64,000 nt of DNA from Mycobacteriales bacterium (GTDB taxonomy: Bacteria; Actinomycetota; Actinomycetes; Mycobacteriales; SCTD01). A model generated the notes under the pieces. That model had not been told where the DNA came from. It saw nothing but the letters and a program-made list of their open reading frames with translations, and ran no database searches. Where the stretch lies: assembly GCA_030447385.1 (NCBI GenBank), contig JAUJOY010000002.1, positions 450,081 through 514,080 on the forward strand, in the 5' to 3' direction. Shown here one piece after another: positions 47,530 through 56,695 of the stretch (position 1 is its first letter; each line of letters opens with the position of its first letter). Position numbers and translations under genes: made by a program.

Positions 47530-50500
47530 ATGGGGTTGACGGAGGCCTTCCTCGGTTGGCCGGTGGTCCGCCAGCTGACCGGGAACGATCCGCTGGGCCG
47601 GGGAGCCGCAGCGCAGTCGGCGCGTACGGCCGCCCTCCAGCCGCGTACCGCCACGGCCGACCGGGTGGCCCGGACGGTGTGCCCCTACTGCGCCGTCGGG
47701 TGCGGACAGCTGGCCTACGTCAAGGACGAGAAGGTCGTCCAGATCGAGGGTGACCCCGACTCCCCGATCTCCCGGGGGCGGCTGTGCCCGAAGGGGTCGG
47801 CGAGCGAGCAGCTGGTCAACAGCGACCGCCGCAAGACCACCGTCCTCTACCGGCGACCGCGCGGGACCGAGTGGGAGGAGCTCGACCTCGACACCGCGAT
47901 GTCGATGGTCGCCGACCGCGTCGCTGACGCTCGCGAGCGCACCTGGCAGGACAGCGACGAGCAGGGCCGGCCGCTGCGCCGGACCATGGGCTTCGCGAGC
48001 CTAGGCGGGGCCACCCTCGACAACGAGGAGAACTACCTCATCAAGAAGCTGTTCACCGCCCTCGGGGCGGTCCAGATCGAGAACCAGGCCCGCATATGAC
48101 ACAGCTCCACCGTCCCCAGTCTGGGGGCCTCGTTCGGGCGCGGCGGCGCCACCACTGAGCAGCAGGACCTGGCCAACGCCGACTGCATCGTCATCCAGGG
48201 CTCGAACATGGCCGAGTGCCACCCGGTCGGCTTCCAGTGGGTGATGGAGGCCAAGGCCCGGGGCGCCAAGGTCATCCACATCGACCCCCGCTTCACCCGC
48301 ACGTCGGCCGTGTCGGACGTGCACGTGCCGCTGCGGGCGGGCAGCGACATCGCCTTCCTCGGCGGAATCGTCAAGTACATCCTGGACAACGAGCTCTACT
48401 TCCGGGAGTACGTCACCGCCTACACCAACGCTGCCACGTTGATCAGCGAGGACTACCAGGACACCGAGAACCTCGACGGGCTGTTCTCCGGCTATGACGC
48501 GGCCACCGGTACGTACGACACCTCCAGCTGGGCGTACGAGGGGCACGACGGCGGCGAGAGCCGCCGCGGTGCGGTCGACGGGGCGGGTGCGACCGGCGAT
48601 GGCGAGCACGAGGCGGAGGAGCGCGAGCGCGCCGCCGGTCAGGAGCTCGGCAACCGCGGCGCCAACCTCGAGCACTCCGAGGTGGAGCGGGACGAGTCGC
48701 TGCAGCACCCGCGCTGCGTCCTGCAGGTCCTGAAGCGGCACTACGCCCGCTACACCCCCGAGGTCGTCGAGGAGGTGTGCGGCGTACCGAAGGAGCTGTT
48801 CCTGCAGGTCTGCGAGGCGGTCACGGTCAACAGCGGGCGCGAGCGCACGACGGCCTGGGTCTACTCGGTCGGCTGGACGCAGCACTCGGTCGGCGTGCAG
48901 TACATCCGCGGCTCGGCGATCATCCAGCTGCTCCTCGGCAACATGGGCCGGCCGGGCGGCGGGATCATGGCGCTGCGCGGCCACGCCAGCATCCAGGGCT
49001 CGACCGACATCCCGACGCTCTACAACATCCTGCCGGGATACCTGCCGATGCCCAGGGCCGAGCACGCGAGCCTGCGGGACTACCTCGGGTCCATCGGCAG
49101 CCCTGGCCAGAAGGGCTTCTGGACGCAGGCTCCCGCTTACACGACCAGCCTGCTCAAGGCCTGGTTCGGTGACGCCGCCACGGCGGAGAACGACTACGGC
49201 TTCGGCTGGCTGCCGCGCATCAACGGCAACCACGGCACGTACCAGACCGTGATGGACATGCTCGACGACAAGGTCGAGGGCTACTTCCTGCTCGGCCAGA
49301 ACCCCGCCGTCGGCTCCGCGCATGGACGCATGCAGCGGATGGGCATGTCGCACCTGAAGTGGCTGGTCGTGCGCGACCTGCAGCTGATCGAGTCCGCGAC
49401 GTTCTGGAAGGACGCGCCGGAGATCGCCACCGGTGAGCTGCGCACGAAGGACATCGAGACCGAGGTCTTCTTCTTCCCGGCGGCCACGCACGTCGAGAAG
49501 GAGGGCACGTTCACCCAGACGCAGCGGATGCTGCAGTGGCGCGAGAAGGCGGTGTCGCCGCCGGGTGACGCACGCAGCGAGCTGCACTTCTTCTTCCACA
49601 TGGGCCGCATGCTGCGCGAGCGCTACGAAGGATCGACGCTCGAGCGCGACCAGGGGCTGCTCAGCATGACCTGGGACTACCTCGAGCCGGGCGAGAGCGA
49701 GGAGCCGAGCGCCGACCTGGTCCTGCGCGAGGTCAACGGCTGCCACCTCGCCGGCGACGAGGCCGGTCGACCGCTGAGCACGTTCGTCGAGATGAAGGAC
49801 GACGGCACGACGTCCGGCGGGTGCTGGATCTACACCGGCGTCTACGCGAACGGGATCAACCAGGCGGCCCGGCGCACGTCCTGGCGCGAGCAGGGCGGGC
49901 CGTGGCTCGCCAGGGAGTGGGGCTGGGCCTGGCCGGCGAACCGGCGCATCCTCTACAACCGGGCGTCGGCCGACCCCGAGGGCAAGCCGTGGAGCGAGCG
50001 CAAGGCGCTGGTCTGGTGGGACGAGGAGGCCGGCCGCTGGACCGGGCACGACGTCCCCGACTTCCCGGTGACCAAGGCGCCGTCCTACCGCCCACCCGAA
50101 GGCGCATCGGGGCCGGACGGGCTCGCCGGCGACGACCCGTTCATCATGCAGGCCGACGGCAAGGGGTGGCTCTTCGCGCCCAGCGGGCTGCTGGACGGCC
50201 CGCTCCCCGCGCACTACGAGCCGCACGAGTCGCCGGTGCGCAACCCGCTGTACTCCCAGCAGAGCAACCCCACCCGGCTGAACTTCCGGCGCAAGGACAA
50301 CCTGTCCAACCCGCCCGTGACCGAGCCCGGCAACGACGTGTTCCCCTACGTCTTCACGACCTACCGGCTCACCGAGCACCACACGGCGGGCGGGATGAGC
50401 CGCTGGGTGCCCTACCTGTCGGAGCTGCAGCCGGAGTTCTTCTGCGAGGTCTCACCGGAGCTGGCCCGCGAGCGGGGTCTGGAGAACCTCGGCTGGGCGA

Positions 50501-50847
50501 CGATCGTCACCGCGCGCACCGCGGTGGAGGCGCGGGTGCTCGTGACCGACCGCGTCGTGCCGCTGGACATCGCCGGAACGGTCGTCCACCAGATCGGGCT
50601 GCCCTACCACTGGGGCGTCGGCAGCGACGCGTACGTGTCCGGCGACTCGGCGAACGACCTGTTCGCGCTGTCCCTCGACCCGAACGTGCTCATCCAGGAG
50701 TGCAAGGCCGCCACGTGCGACATCCAGCCGGGGCGACGACCGACCGGCCCGGACCTGCTGCGCTTCGTCGAGGAGTACCGCAGCCGCGCCGGCGTCACCG
50801 TCGAGACGGGCAACGCGCTGCTGACGCTTCCGGAGGCGACCGCATGA
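47530..50847 (+). CDS. fdhA: formate dehydrogenase alpha subunit (FdnG/FdoG-like, bis-MGD), selenocysteine at TGA 48097-48099
   Basis: Track ORFs 47386..48099 and 48208..50847 are in the same frame. No stop other than this TGA separates them (checked by hand). The junction reads ...AVQIENQARI-U-HSSTVPSLGASFGRGGATT..., which aligns with the E. coli FdnG ...NQARVUHGPTVASLAPTFGRGAMT... motif as I recall it. The N-terminal CPYCAVGCG is the 4Fe-4S motif. Confidence 0.9.
48100..48135 (+). promoter_or_regulatory. candidate bacterial SECIS hairpin
   Basis: Twelve nt after the UGA the sequence GUCCCC-AGUCU-GGGGGC (48112-48128) can form 6 pairs including one G-U. Its apical AGUCU loop resembles the GGUCU/AGUCU loops of E. 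coli fdhF/fdnG SECIS elements as I recall them. Confidence 0.5.
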
Positions 50848-51908
50848 GCGAGCGGGGCACCACCTCCTGGTACGGCCCGCTCGACCCGGCTCCGGACGCC
50901 GGCTGGACGGAGGCGCCGCCGAGGAAGGGGTTCTTCACCGACACGAGCATCTGCATCGGGTGCAAGGCCTGCGAGGTCGCCTGCAAGGAGTGGAACGCCG
51001 TCCCTGAGGACGGGCTGCTGATGCTCGGCTCCTCCTACGACAACACCGGCGCCCTCGGCGCGAGCACCTGGCGGCACGTGGCGTTCATCGAGCAGCCCAA
51101 GGCCCTGGGCCCCCAGGAGGCCGGGTTCGCCGGCACGGCAGCCGGTCCGCCGGGAAGCGACGTGCTGAACCGGACCGCCGACTCGGCGCTGACCGGTGAC
51201 CGCACCGCCCTCGGCACGGACTCCTCCAGGCTGGAGGTCGGGCCAGCCGGGCTCGGCGCCGTCGACCTCGGCATGCCGTCCATGACGCTGCCGGGCTCGG
51301 TGGACGGTGCGCAGCGCACGGACTTCCGCTGGCTGATGGCCTCGGACGTCTGCAAGCACTGCACCCACGCGGGGTGCCTGGACGTGTGCCCGACAGGGGC
51401 GCTGTTCCGCACCGAGTTCGGCACCGTCGTGGTGCAGGACGACATCTGCAACGGCTGCGGCTACTGCGTACCCGCCTGTCCCTTCGGCGTCATCGACCGG
51501 CGGGCGGGGGAGAAGGGGGTCACCAAGAACGCCGGGATCGCCCAGAAGTGCACGCTGTGCTACGACCGGCTCGGGGACGGGCTGCAGCCGGCCTGCGCCA
51601 AGGCCTGCCCCACGACGTCCATCCAGTTCGGCGACCTCGACGAGCTGCGGGAGCGGGCGGAGAAGCGGGTCGAGCAGATGCACGCCCAAGGCATCCCCAG
51701 CGCCCGGCTGTACGGCGAGGACCCCTGCGACGGGGTGGGCGGCGTCGGCGCGTTCTTCCTGCTGCTCGACGAGCCCGAGGTGTACGGCCTTCCGCCGGAC
51801 CCGGTCGTGACCACCAGGGACCTCCCGGCGATGTGGAAGAAGGCCGCGCTGGCGGCGGCCACGATGCTCGCCGGCGCGGTCGCGGTCTTCGTGGGCGGCG
51901 GCTCGTGA
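50844..51908 (+). CDS. fdhB: formate dehydrogenase iron-sulfur (beta) subunit, four-cluster ferredoxin with a C-terminal TM anchor
   Basis: It has CIGCKACEVACKEWN, CKHCTHAGCLDVCP, CNGCGYCVPACP and CTLCYDR...CAKACP motifs, and the C-terminus is ...AALAAATMLAGAVAVFVGG. ATG 50844 overlaps the alpha stop (ATGA). Confidence 0.9.
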   Translation: MSERGTTSWYGPLDPAPDAGWTEAPPRKGFFTDTSICIGCKACEVACKEWNAVPEDGLLMLGSSYDNTGALGASTWRHVAFIEQPKALGPQEAGFAGTAAGPPGSDVLNRTADSALTGDRTALGTDSSRLEVGPAGLGAVDLGMPSMTLPGSVDGAQRTDFRWLMASDVCKHCTHAGCLDVCPTGALFRTEFGTVVVQDDICNGCGYCVPACPFGVIDRRAGEKGVTKNAGIAQKCTLCYDRLGDGLQPACAKACPTTSIQFGDLDELRERAEKRVEQMHAQGIPSARLYGEDPCDGVGGVGAFFLLLDEPEVYGLPPDPVVTTRDLPAMWKKAALAAATMLAGAVAVFVGGGS

Positions 51909-53020
51909 ACGACCGGCCCGCCGGGGCCCTCGACGAGGGGCCTGCGACGCCGGGTGCTGCGGAGGCGGTAGGCACGTCCGACCCAGGTCCGGCCGCGACC
52001 GCGGTGGTGGGCTCCGGCGGTGGCCGCCGGCGCAAGGGCGGCCGCGGCCGCGGGGAGCGGGGCGAGCAGCCGATGGTGCCGCCGGCCGAGTTCACCTCGT
52101 ACTACGGCCGGCCGGTGGTCAAGGCCGCGCCGTGGGAGCACGACATCCCGGCCTACCTGTTCCTCGGCGGCGTGGCTGCCGGGTCCTCGCTGCTGTCCGC
52201 CGGAGCCGACCTGACCGGCCGTCCCGCACTGCGGCGCACGGGCCGGTTCGGCGCGCTCGTCGGCCTCGCTCTGAGCATGATCGCCCTGGTCCGTGACCTC
52301 GGCCGCCCCGAGCGGTTCCACCACATGCTGCGGGTGGCCAAGCCCACCTCGCCGATGTCGGTCGGCACGTGGATGCTCACCCTCTACGGACCTCTCGCCG
52401 CTCTCGCCGCCGCGGGGGAGCTGCGCCCCTTCCTGCCCCCGCGCCTGCGCGACGGGCGGCTGGGGCGGGTGCTGGGGGGCGGTGCCCGGCCGGCCGGCCT
52501 CACCGCCGCGGTGGTCGCGCCCGCGATCGCCTCCTACACCGCGGTGCTGCTGTCCAACACCGCGGCACCGACCTGGCACGCGGCCCACCGCCACCTGCCC
52601 TTCGTCTTCGTCGGGTCCGCCTCGGCGGCCTCCGGCGGCCTCGGCATGATGGCCACGCCGGTGTCCGAGGCGGGACCGGCTCGTCGGCTGGCCCTCGGCG
52701 GCGCCGTGCTCGAGCTGGCGGTCGAGCACCGGATGGAGGCGGCGATGGGCATCACGGCCGAGCCGCTGCACGCCGGCCACGCGGGGATGCTGATGAGGGC
52801 CAGCAAGGCCCTGACCGCAGCCGGCGTGGTGGGCACAGCGCTGGTCGGCTCCCGCAGCCGGGCCGGCGCCCTGGCCTCCGGCGCCGCCCTGCTCGCCGGG
52901 TCCGCCTGCCTGCGCTTCGGCGTCTTCGAGGCGGGTCAGGCGTCCGCGCGGGACCCGAAGTACACCGTCGTCCCGCAGCGCGAGCGCCTTGAGCGCGGGG
53001 GGCCTACGCGGTCGGCGTAG
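51905..53020 (+). CDS. NrfD/PsrC-family integral membrane subunit of the formate dehydrogenase
   Basis: ...YGRPVVKAAPWEHDIPAYLFLGGVAAGSSLL... is followed by about 8 TM helices. GTG 51905 overlaps the beta stop. The first roughly 55 aa are Gly/Arg-rich, so a later start (MVPPAEF) is possible. Confidence 0.75.
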   Translation: MNDRPAGALDEGPATPGAAEAVGTSDPGPAATAVVGSGGGRRRKGGRGRGERGEQPMVPPAEFTSYYGRPVVKAAPWEHDIPAYLFLGGVAAGSSLLSAGADLTGRPALRRTGRFGALVGLALSMIALVRDLGRPERFHHMLRVAKPTSPMSVGTWMLTLYGPLAALAAAGELRPFLPPRLRDGRLGRVLGGGARPAGLTAAVVAPAIASYTAVLLSNTAAPTWHAAHRHLPFVFVGSASAASGGLGMMATPVSEAGPARRLALGGAVLELAVEHRMEAAMGITAEPLHAGHAGMLMRASKALTAAGVVGTALVGSRSRAGALASGAALLAGSACLRFGVFEAGQASARDPKYTVVPQRERLERGGPTRSA

Positions 53021-53080
53021 ACCACGCTGCGCGGGGGAACACGTGCGCGAGATCGGATCCGACACCCTCCGGAGGCGAGC

Positions 53081-54373
53081 ATGGCCACCAGCACCGACGT
53101 GGCGGACAACCCGACCAAGGGCCGCTGGGGACTGGTCGCCGCCGCGCTCCTGCTGCAGTTCTCGATCGGCGCGGTCTACGCCTGGAGCGTGTTCGGCAAG
53201 GCGCTGCAGTCCCCGGACGCGTTCGGCCTGTCGAAGGTGGAGGCGTCGCTCCCCTTCACGGTGACCATCGCGATGATCTTTATCGGGGCCTACCTCGGCG
53301 GGCGCTGGCAGGACCGCAAGGGGCCGCGCACCGTCGCCCTGACCGGCGGGGTCATCTACGCGGTCGGCATCATCCTGGCGTCGTTCGTCAGCGGCGCCGA
53401 CCAGCTGTGGCTGCTCATCCTGAGCTACGGCGTCATCAGCGGGTTCGGCCTGGGCCTGGCCTACATCGTGCCCATCGCCATGCTGCTCAAGTGGTTCCCG
53501 GACAAGCGCGGCCTGATCACCGGGCTCGCCGTCGGCGGCTTCGGCTTCGGGGCGGTGCTCACCTCACCGGTGGCCCAGGCGCTGATCGAGCGCAACCGCG
53601 ACGTGCCGACGCGCGCGTTCCTCCCGCTGGGCATCGCCTACCTGATCATGTCCCTGGTCGGCGCGTCGTTCTTCCGCAATCCCCCCGCTGGCTACTCGGT
53701 CCCCGGCTGGACGCCTGCTGCCAGCACCGCGGCCAGCCGGAGCACGCACGACTACACGCAGGGCGAGGCGCTGCGTACGCCGCAGTGGTACCTGCTCACG
53801 GCGATCCTGACCCTCAACGTGGCTGCCGGCATCGCGCTCATCAGCCAGGCTGCAGCCGCGGCGGCGGACATCGCCGGCTACTCCACCGCCGCCGCGGCCT
53901 CCGTCGTCGGGATCTGGGCCATCTTCAACGGTGCGGGCCGGGTCGTGTGGGCGGCGGCCTCGGACAAGGTCGGGCGCATGCCCGCGTTCGCCGCGATGCT
54001 GGGGCTGCAGGGCGTGTGCTTCCTGCTGCTGCCGCACGCCGCCAACGCCGCCCTGTTCTTCCTGCTCGGCGCGATCATCTACCTCTGCTACGGCGGCGGC
54101 TTCGGGACGATGCCGGCCACGGCTGGGGACTTCTTCGGCGTCAAGTTCGCCGGCGCCATCTACGGCCTGATGCTCATCGGGTGGAGCCTCGGCGGGGTGC
54201 TCGGCCCGCAGCTCGCGGCGGCGCTCGCGAGCGGTGGCGCGTACACCCGGGCCTACACGGCCATCGGCGTGCTGGCCCTCGCCGCGGTGGCGCTGACGTT
54301 CCTCACCCGCGTGCCGGGCCAGCGCGAGGACGCCGCTGTCGGCGCCGGCGACCGGGTGGGGGCCCGGGCCTAG
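53081..54373 (+). CDS. MFS transporter, oxalate/formate antiporter (OFA) family-like
   Basis: 430 aa with 12 TM segments. The N-terminus ...GRWGLVAAALLLQFSIGAVYAWSVF... is typical of OFA-family MFS proteins. Confidence 0.8.
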   Translation: MATSTDVADNPTKGRWGLVAAALLLQFSIGAVYAWSVFGKALQSPDAFGLSKVEASLPFTVTIAMIFIGAYLGGRWQDRKGPRTVALTGGVIYAVGIILASFVSGADQLWLLILSYGVISGFGLGLAYIVPIAMLLKWFPDKRGLITGLAVGGFGFGAVLTSPVAQALIERNRDVPTRAFLPLGIAYLIMSLVGASFFRNPPAGYSVPGWTPAASTAASRSTHDYTQGEALRTPQWYLLTAILTLNVAAGIALISQAAAAAADIAGYSTAAAASVVGIWAIFNGAGRVVWAAASDKVGRMPAFAAMLGLQGVCFLLLPHAANAALFFLLGAIIYLCYGGGFGTMPATAGDFFGVKFAGAIYGLMLIGWSLGGVLGPQLAAALASGGAYTRAYTAIGVLALAAVALTFLTRVPGQREDAAVGAGDRVGARA

Positions 54374-54492
54374 CGTCGCCGTGCGGCCTGCCCGGACGAT
54401 CTTGCGGTTCGTGGTCCGGGCACCGACTCGCCGGGGTGTCCTGTGCGGATCCACGACTCAGAAGATCAGCGGGGCAGCGGGGCAGCGCCGGT

Positions 54493-54515
54493 CCCGGTCG
54501 CAGGAGGGAACCGGG
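54493..54515 (-). terminator. hairpin just downstream of the S8 protease stop (candidate terminator in a convergent gap)
   Basis: CCCGGT (54493-54498) pairs with ACCGGG (54510-54515) around an 11-nt loop. No U-tract follows. Confidence 0.3.
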
Positions 54516-54522
54516 CTCGGGC

Positions 54523-55611
54523 TCAGCGGCGCTTCTTGGCCGCCGGTCCGGGGGCGGCCACGGCGGCCTGGGCGTCGACGATCCCGAAGCCGTACTGCGG
54601 GGTGAAGACGCCGCGCAGGCCGGTCACGCCCTGGCGGGAGGTCGCCAGCAGGACGTCGAGGATGTTCTCGGCGCTGCGCCCCTGGGCGGCGAGCAGGGCG
54701 GCCACTCCGGCGACGTGCGGCGTGGCCATCGAGGTGCCGGCGTACTCGTCGTAGCTGTCGCCGTACCCGCACACGGCCGCGCGTCCGGTGCCCGCAGGCA
54801 CCGTGGACACGACGTCCTCACCGCAGATCGGCAGCGCCGAACCGCCCGGGGCAGCCACCGCCATGAGGTCGGGCTTGATCCCGCTGTTGCTGAAGGCCGA
54901 TGGCAGCTCGCGCCTGTCGGTCGAGGTGACGCAGAGCGCCCCGTCCTCGAAGCCCGGCGTCCCGCACAGCGGGAACTGGAAGTCGTTGCCCGCGGCCGCC
55001 ACCACGAGCACGCCCTTGCCCCGCGCGTAGCTCACGGCTTCAGCCGCCTCGGCGACCAGGCCGGTGTAGGTCAGCGCCTGCATCCCGGGCAGGTCGCCCA
55101 GGGAGAGGTTGATCACGTTCGCGCCGTGGTCCGCCGCCCAGTGGATGCCCGCAGCCACCTCCTCGAAGGAGCCGCTGCCCTCCTCGAGCACCTTCACCGG
55201 CATGATGTTCGCGTCCGGGGCCACGCCGTCGATGCCGATCCCGTTGCCGGCCACGGCGGCCGCGATGCCGGAGACGTGCGTCCCGTGCTCGTCGGAGGGG
55301 TCACCCACCCCGTTCGGGCCCTTCCAGTCGCCGTCGCCGCACGGGCCGGGCTCCCCACCGCAGGTGAAGGTCGCTCCGCGCACCAGCTTGCGGGCGAGGT
55401 CCGGGTGGCTCAGGTCGACGCCGGTGTCGACCACCGCGATCACGACCCCGGCGCCTCTGCTGGTGCCCCAAGCCTGTGGGGCACGGACCTGGTCGATCCC
55501 GTACTGCGCGTCCCGCAGGTCGGGGTGGTCCTGCGCCGGAGCTGCGGCGGCGGGCAGGACCGCCAGCGCGGTGAGCGCAGCGGCGGACACGGACAGGGCG
55601 GTGCGGTACAT
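54523..55611 (-). CDS. secreted S8 family (subtilisin-like) serine peptidase
   Basis: The signal peptide is MYRTALSVSAAALTALAVLPAAAAP. The catalytic contexts are VVDTGVD (Asp), HGTHVSG (His) and GTSMATPHVAG (Ser). Confidence 0.85.
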   Translation of the reverse strand: MYRTALSVSAAALTALAVLPAAAAPAQDHPDLRDAQYGIDQVRAPQAWGTSRGAGVVIAVVDTGVDLSHPDLARKLVRGATFTCGGEPGPCGDGDWKGPNGVGDPSDEHGTHVSGIAAAVAGNGIGIDGVAPDANIMPVKVLEEGSGSFEEVAAGIHWAADHGANVINLSLGDLPGMQALTYTGLVAEAAEAVSYARGKGVLVVAAAGNDFQFPLCGTPGFEDGALCVTSTDRRELPSAFSNSGIKPDLMAVAAPGGSALPICGEDVVSTVPAGTGRAAVCGYGDSYDEYAGTSMATPHVAGVAALLAAQGRSAENILDVLLATSRQGVTGLRGVFTPQYGFGIVDAQAAVAAPGPAAKKRR

Positions 55612-55702
55612 GCGGAGGCTCCTGGGCGCAGAGGGGCGGGGGGCTCAGCGTCGGATGGTATGCCCGAGTTTACCGGCGTTCACGTCCAGGCGCTCGACGG
55701 GG

Positions 55703-56695
55703 TCAGCGGACCTCGACCGCGGCCGAGCCGGAGGCGACGACCTCGCCGATGACCGGGTAGCCGGGGACCTCGCCGATGACGAGCAGCCCCCCGCTGGTCT
55801 GCGCGTCCGCGAGCAGCAGCAGCTCGTCCTCGCTGACCGCGGACGCCAGGTGCGGCCGCACCCAGTCGAGGTTGCGCTTCGTGCCGCCGCTGACGTAGCC
55901 GTCCCGCAGCGCCTCCCGAGCCCCCTCCAGGTAAGGCACCGCCGCGGCGTCGACCACCGCCGTGACCCCGCTGGCCCGCATCATCTTGTAGAGGTGGCCG
56001 AGCAGCCCGAACCCGGTGACGTCGGTGGCCGCCTTCGCGCCCGCGGCGAGAGCGGCCGCGCAGGCGTCGCGGTTGAGCGACGCCATGCTGGCCACGGCCT
56101 GGGCGAACACCTCACCGGTGCTCTTGTGGCGGTTGTTGAGCACCCCGACACCGAGCGGCTTGGTCAACGTGATGGGGAGCCCGGCGACCGCAGCGTCGTT
56201 GCGCAGCAACCGCTGGGGGTCGACCAGCCCCGTGACCGCCATGCCGTACTTGGGCTCGGGGTCGTCGATGCTGTGCCCGCCGGCGACGAAGCAGGCGGCC
56301 TCCCTGGCGATGTCGTAGCCACCGCGCAGCACCTCGGTGAGGACCGACTTCGGCAGCTTGTCCATCGGCCAGCCGACGAGGTTGACCGCGACGACGGGAC
56401 GGCCGCCCATCGCGTACACGTCCGACAGCGCGTTGGCCGCGGCGATCCGCCCCCAGTCGTAGGCGTCGTCCACGACGGGGGTGAAGAAGTCAGCTGTCGC
56501 GACCACCGCGGTCGAGTCGTCGACCCGCACCACCGCGGCGTCGTCCCCGTCGTCGAGGCCCACGAGCAGGTCGGGGGACACGTGGCCGGTGAGGCCGCGT
56601 ACGACCTCCTCGAGCTCACCTGGCGGGATCTTGCAGGCGCAGCCGCCGCCGGAGGCGTACTGGGTGAGGCGGAAGGTCCCGATCGTCGCGGTCAT
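55703..56695 (-). CDS. selD: selenide, water dikinase (selenophosphate synthetase), Cys form
   Basis: MTATIGTFRLTQYASGGGCACKIPPG... aligns with the E. coli RLTQYSHGAGCGCKISP region. Also present are ...DDAAVV..., ...DFFTPVVDD..., ...GGHSIDDPEPKYG... and ...DVTGFGLLGH.... The ATG overlaps the AOR stop (ATGA). Confidence 0.92.
   Translation of the reverse strand: MTATIGTFRLTQYASGGGCACKIPPGELEEVVRGLTGHVSPDLLVGLDDGDDAAVVRVDDSTAVVATADFFTPVVDDAYDWGRIAAANALSDVYAMGGRPVVAVNLVGWPMDKLPKSVLTEVLRGGYDIAREAACFVAGGHSIDDPEPKYGMAVTGLVDPQRLLRNDAAVAGLPITLTKPLGVGVLNNRHKSTGEVFAQAVASMASLNRDACAAALAAGAKAATDVTGFGLLGHLYKMMRASGVTAVVDAAAVPYLEGAREALRDGYVSGGTKRNLDWVRPHLASAVSEDELLLLADAQTSGGLLVIGEVPGYPVIGEVVASGSAAVEVR

Noticed and set aside
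54374-54522. Possible tRNA-Sec or other tRNA in the convergent gap near selD. GATCTT...AAGATC could pair like an acceptor stem, a GGTTCG T-loop-like motif is present, and there is a TCA triplet at ...GACTCAGAAG....
   Set aside because: On the plus strand the GGTTCG motif sits next to the 5' arm instead of the 3' arm. On the minus strand it is not a T-loop. The TCA is preceded by C rather than the near-universal U33. No cloverleaf could be drawn. The gap more likely holds terminator hairpins plus a GCGGGGCA x2 micro-repeat.
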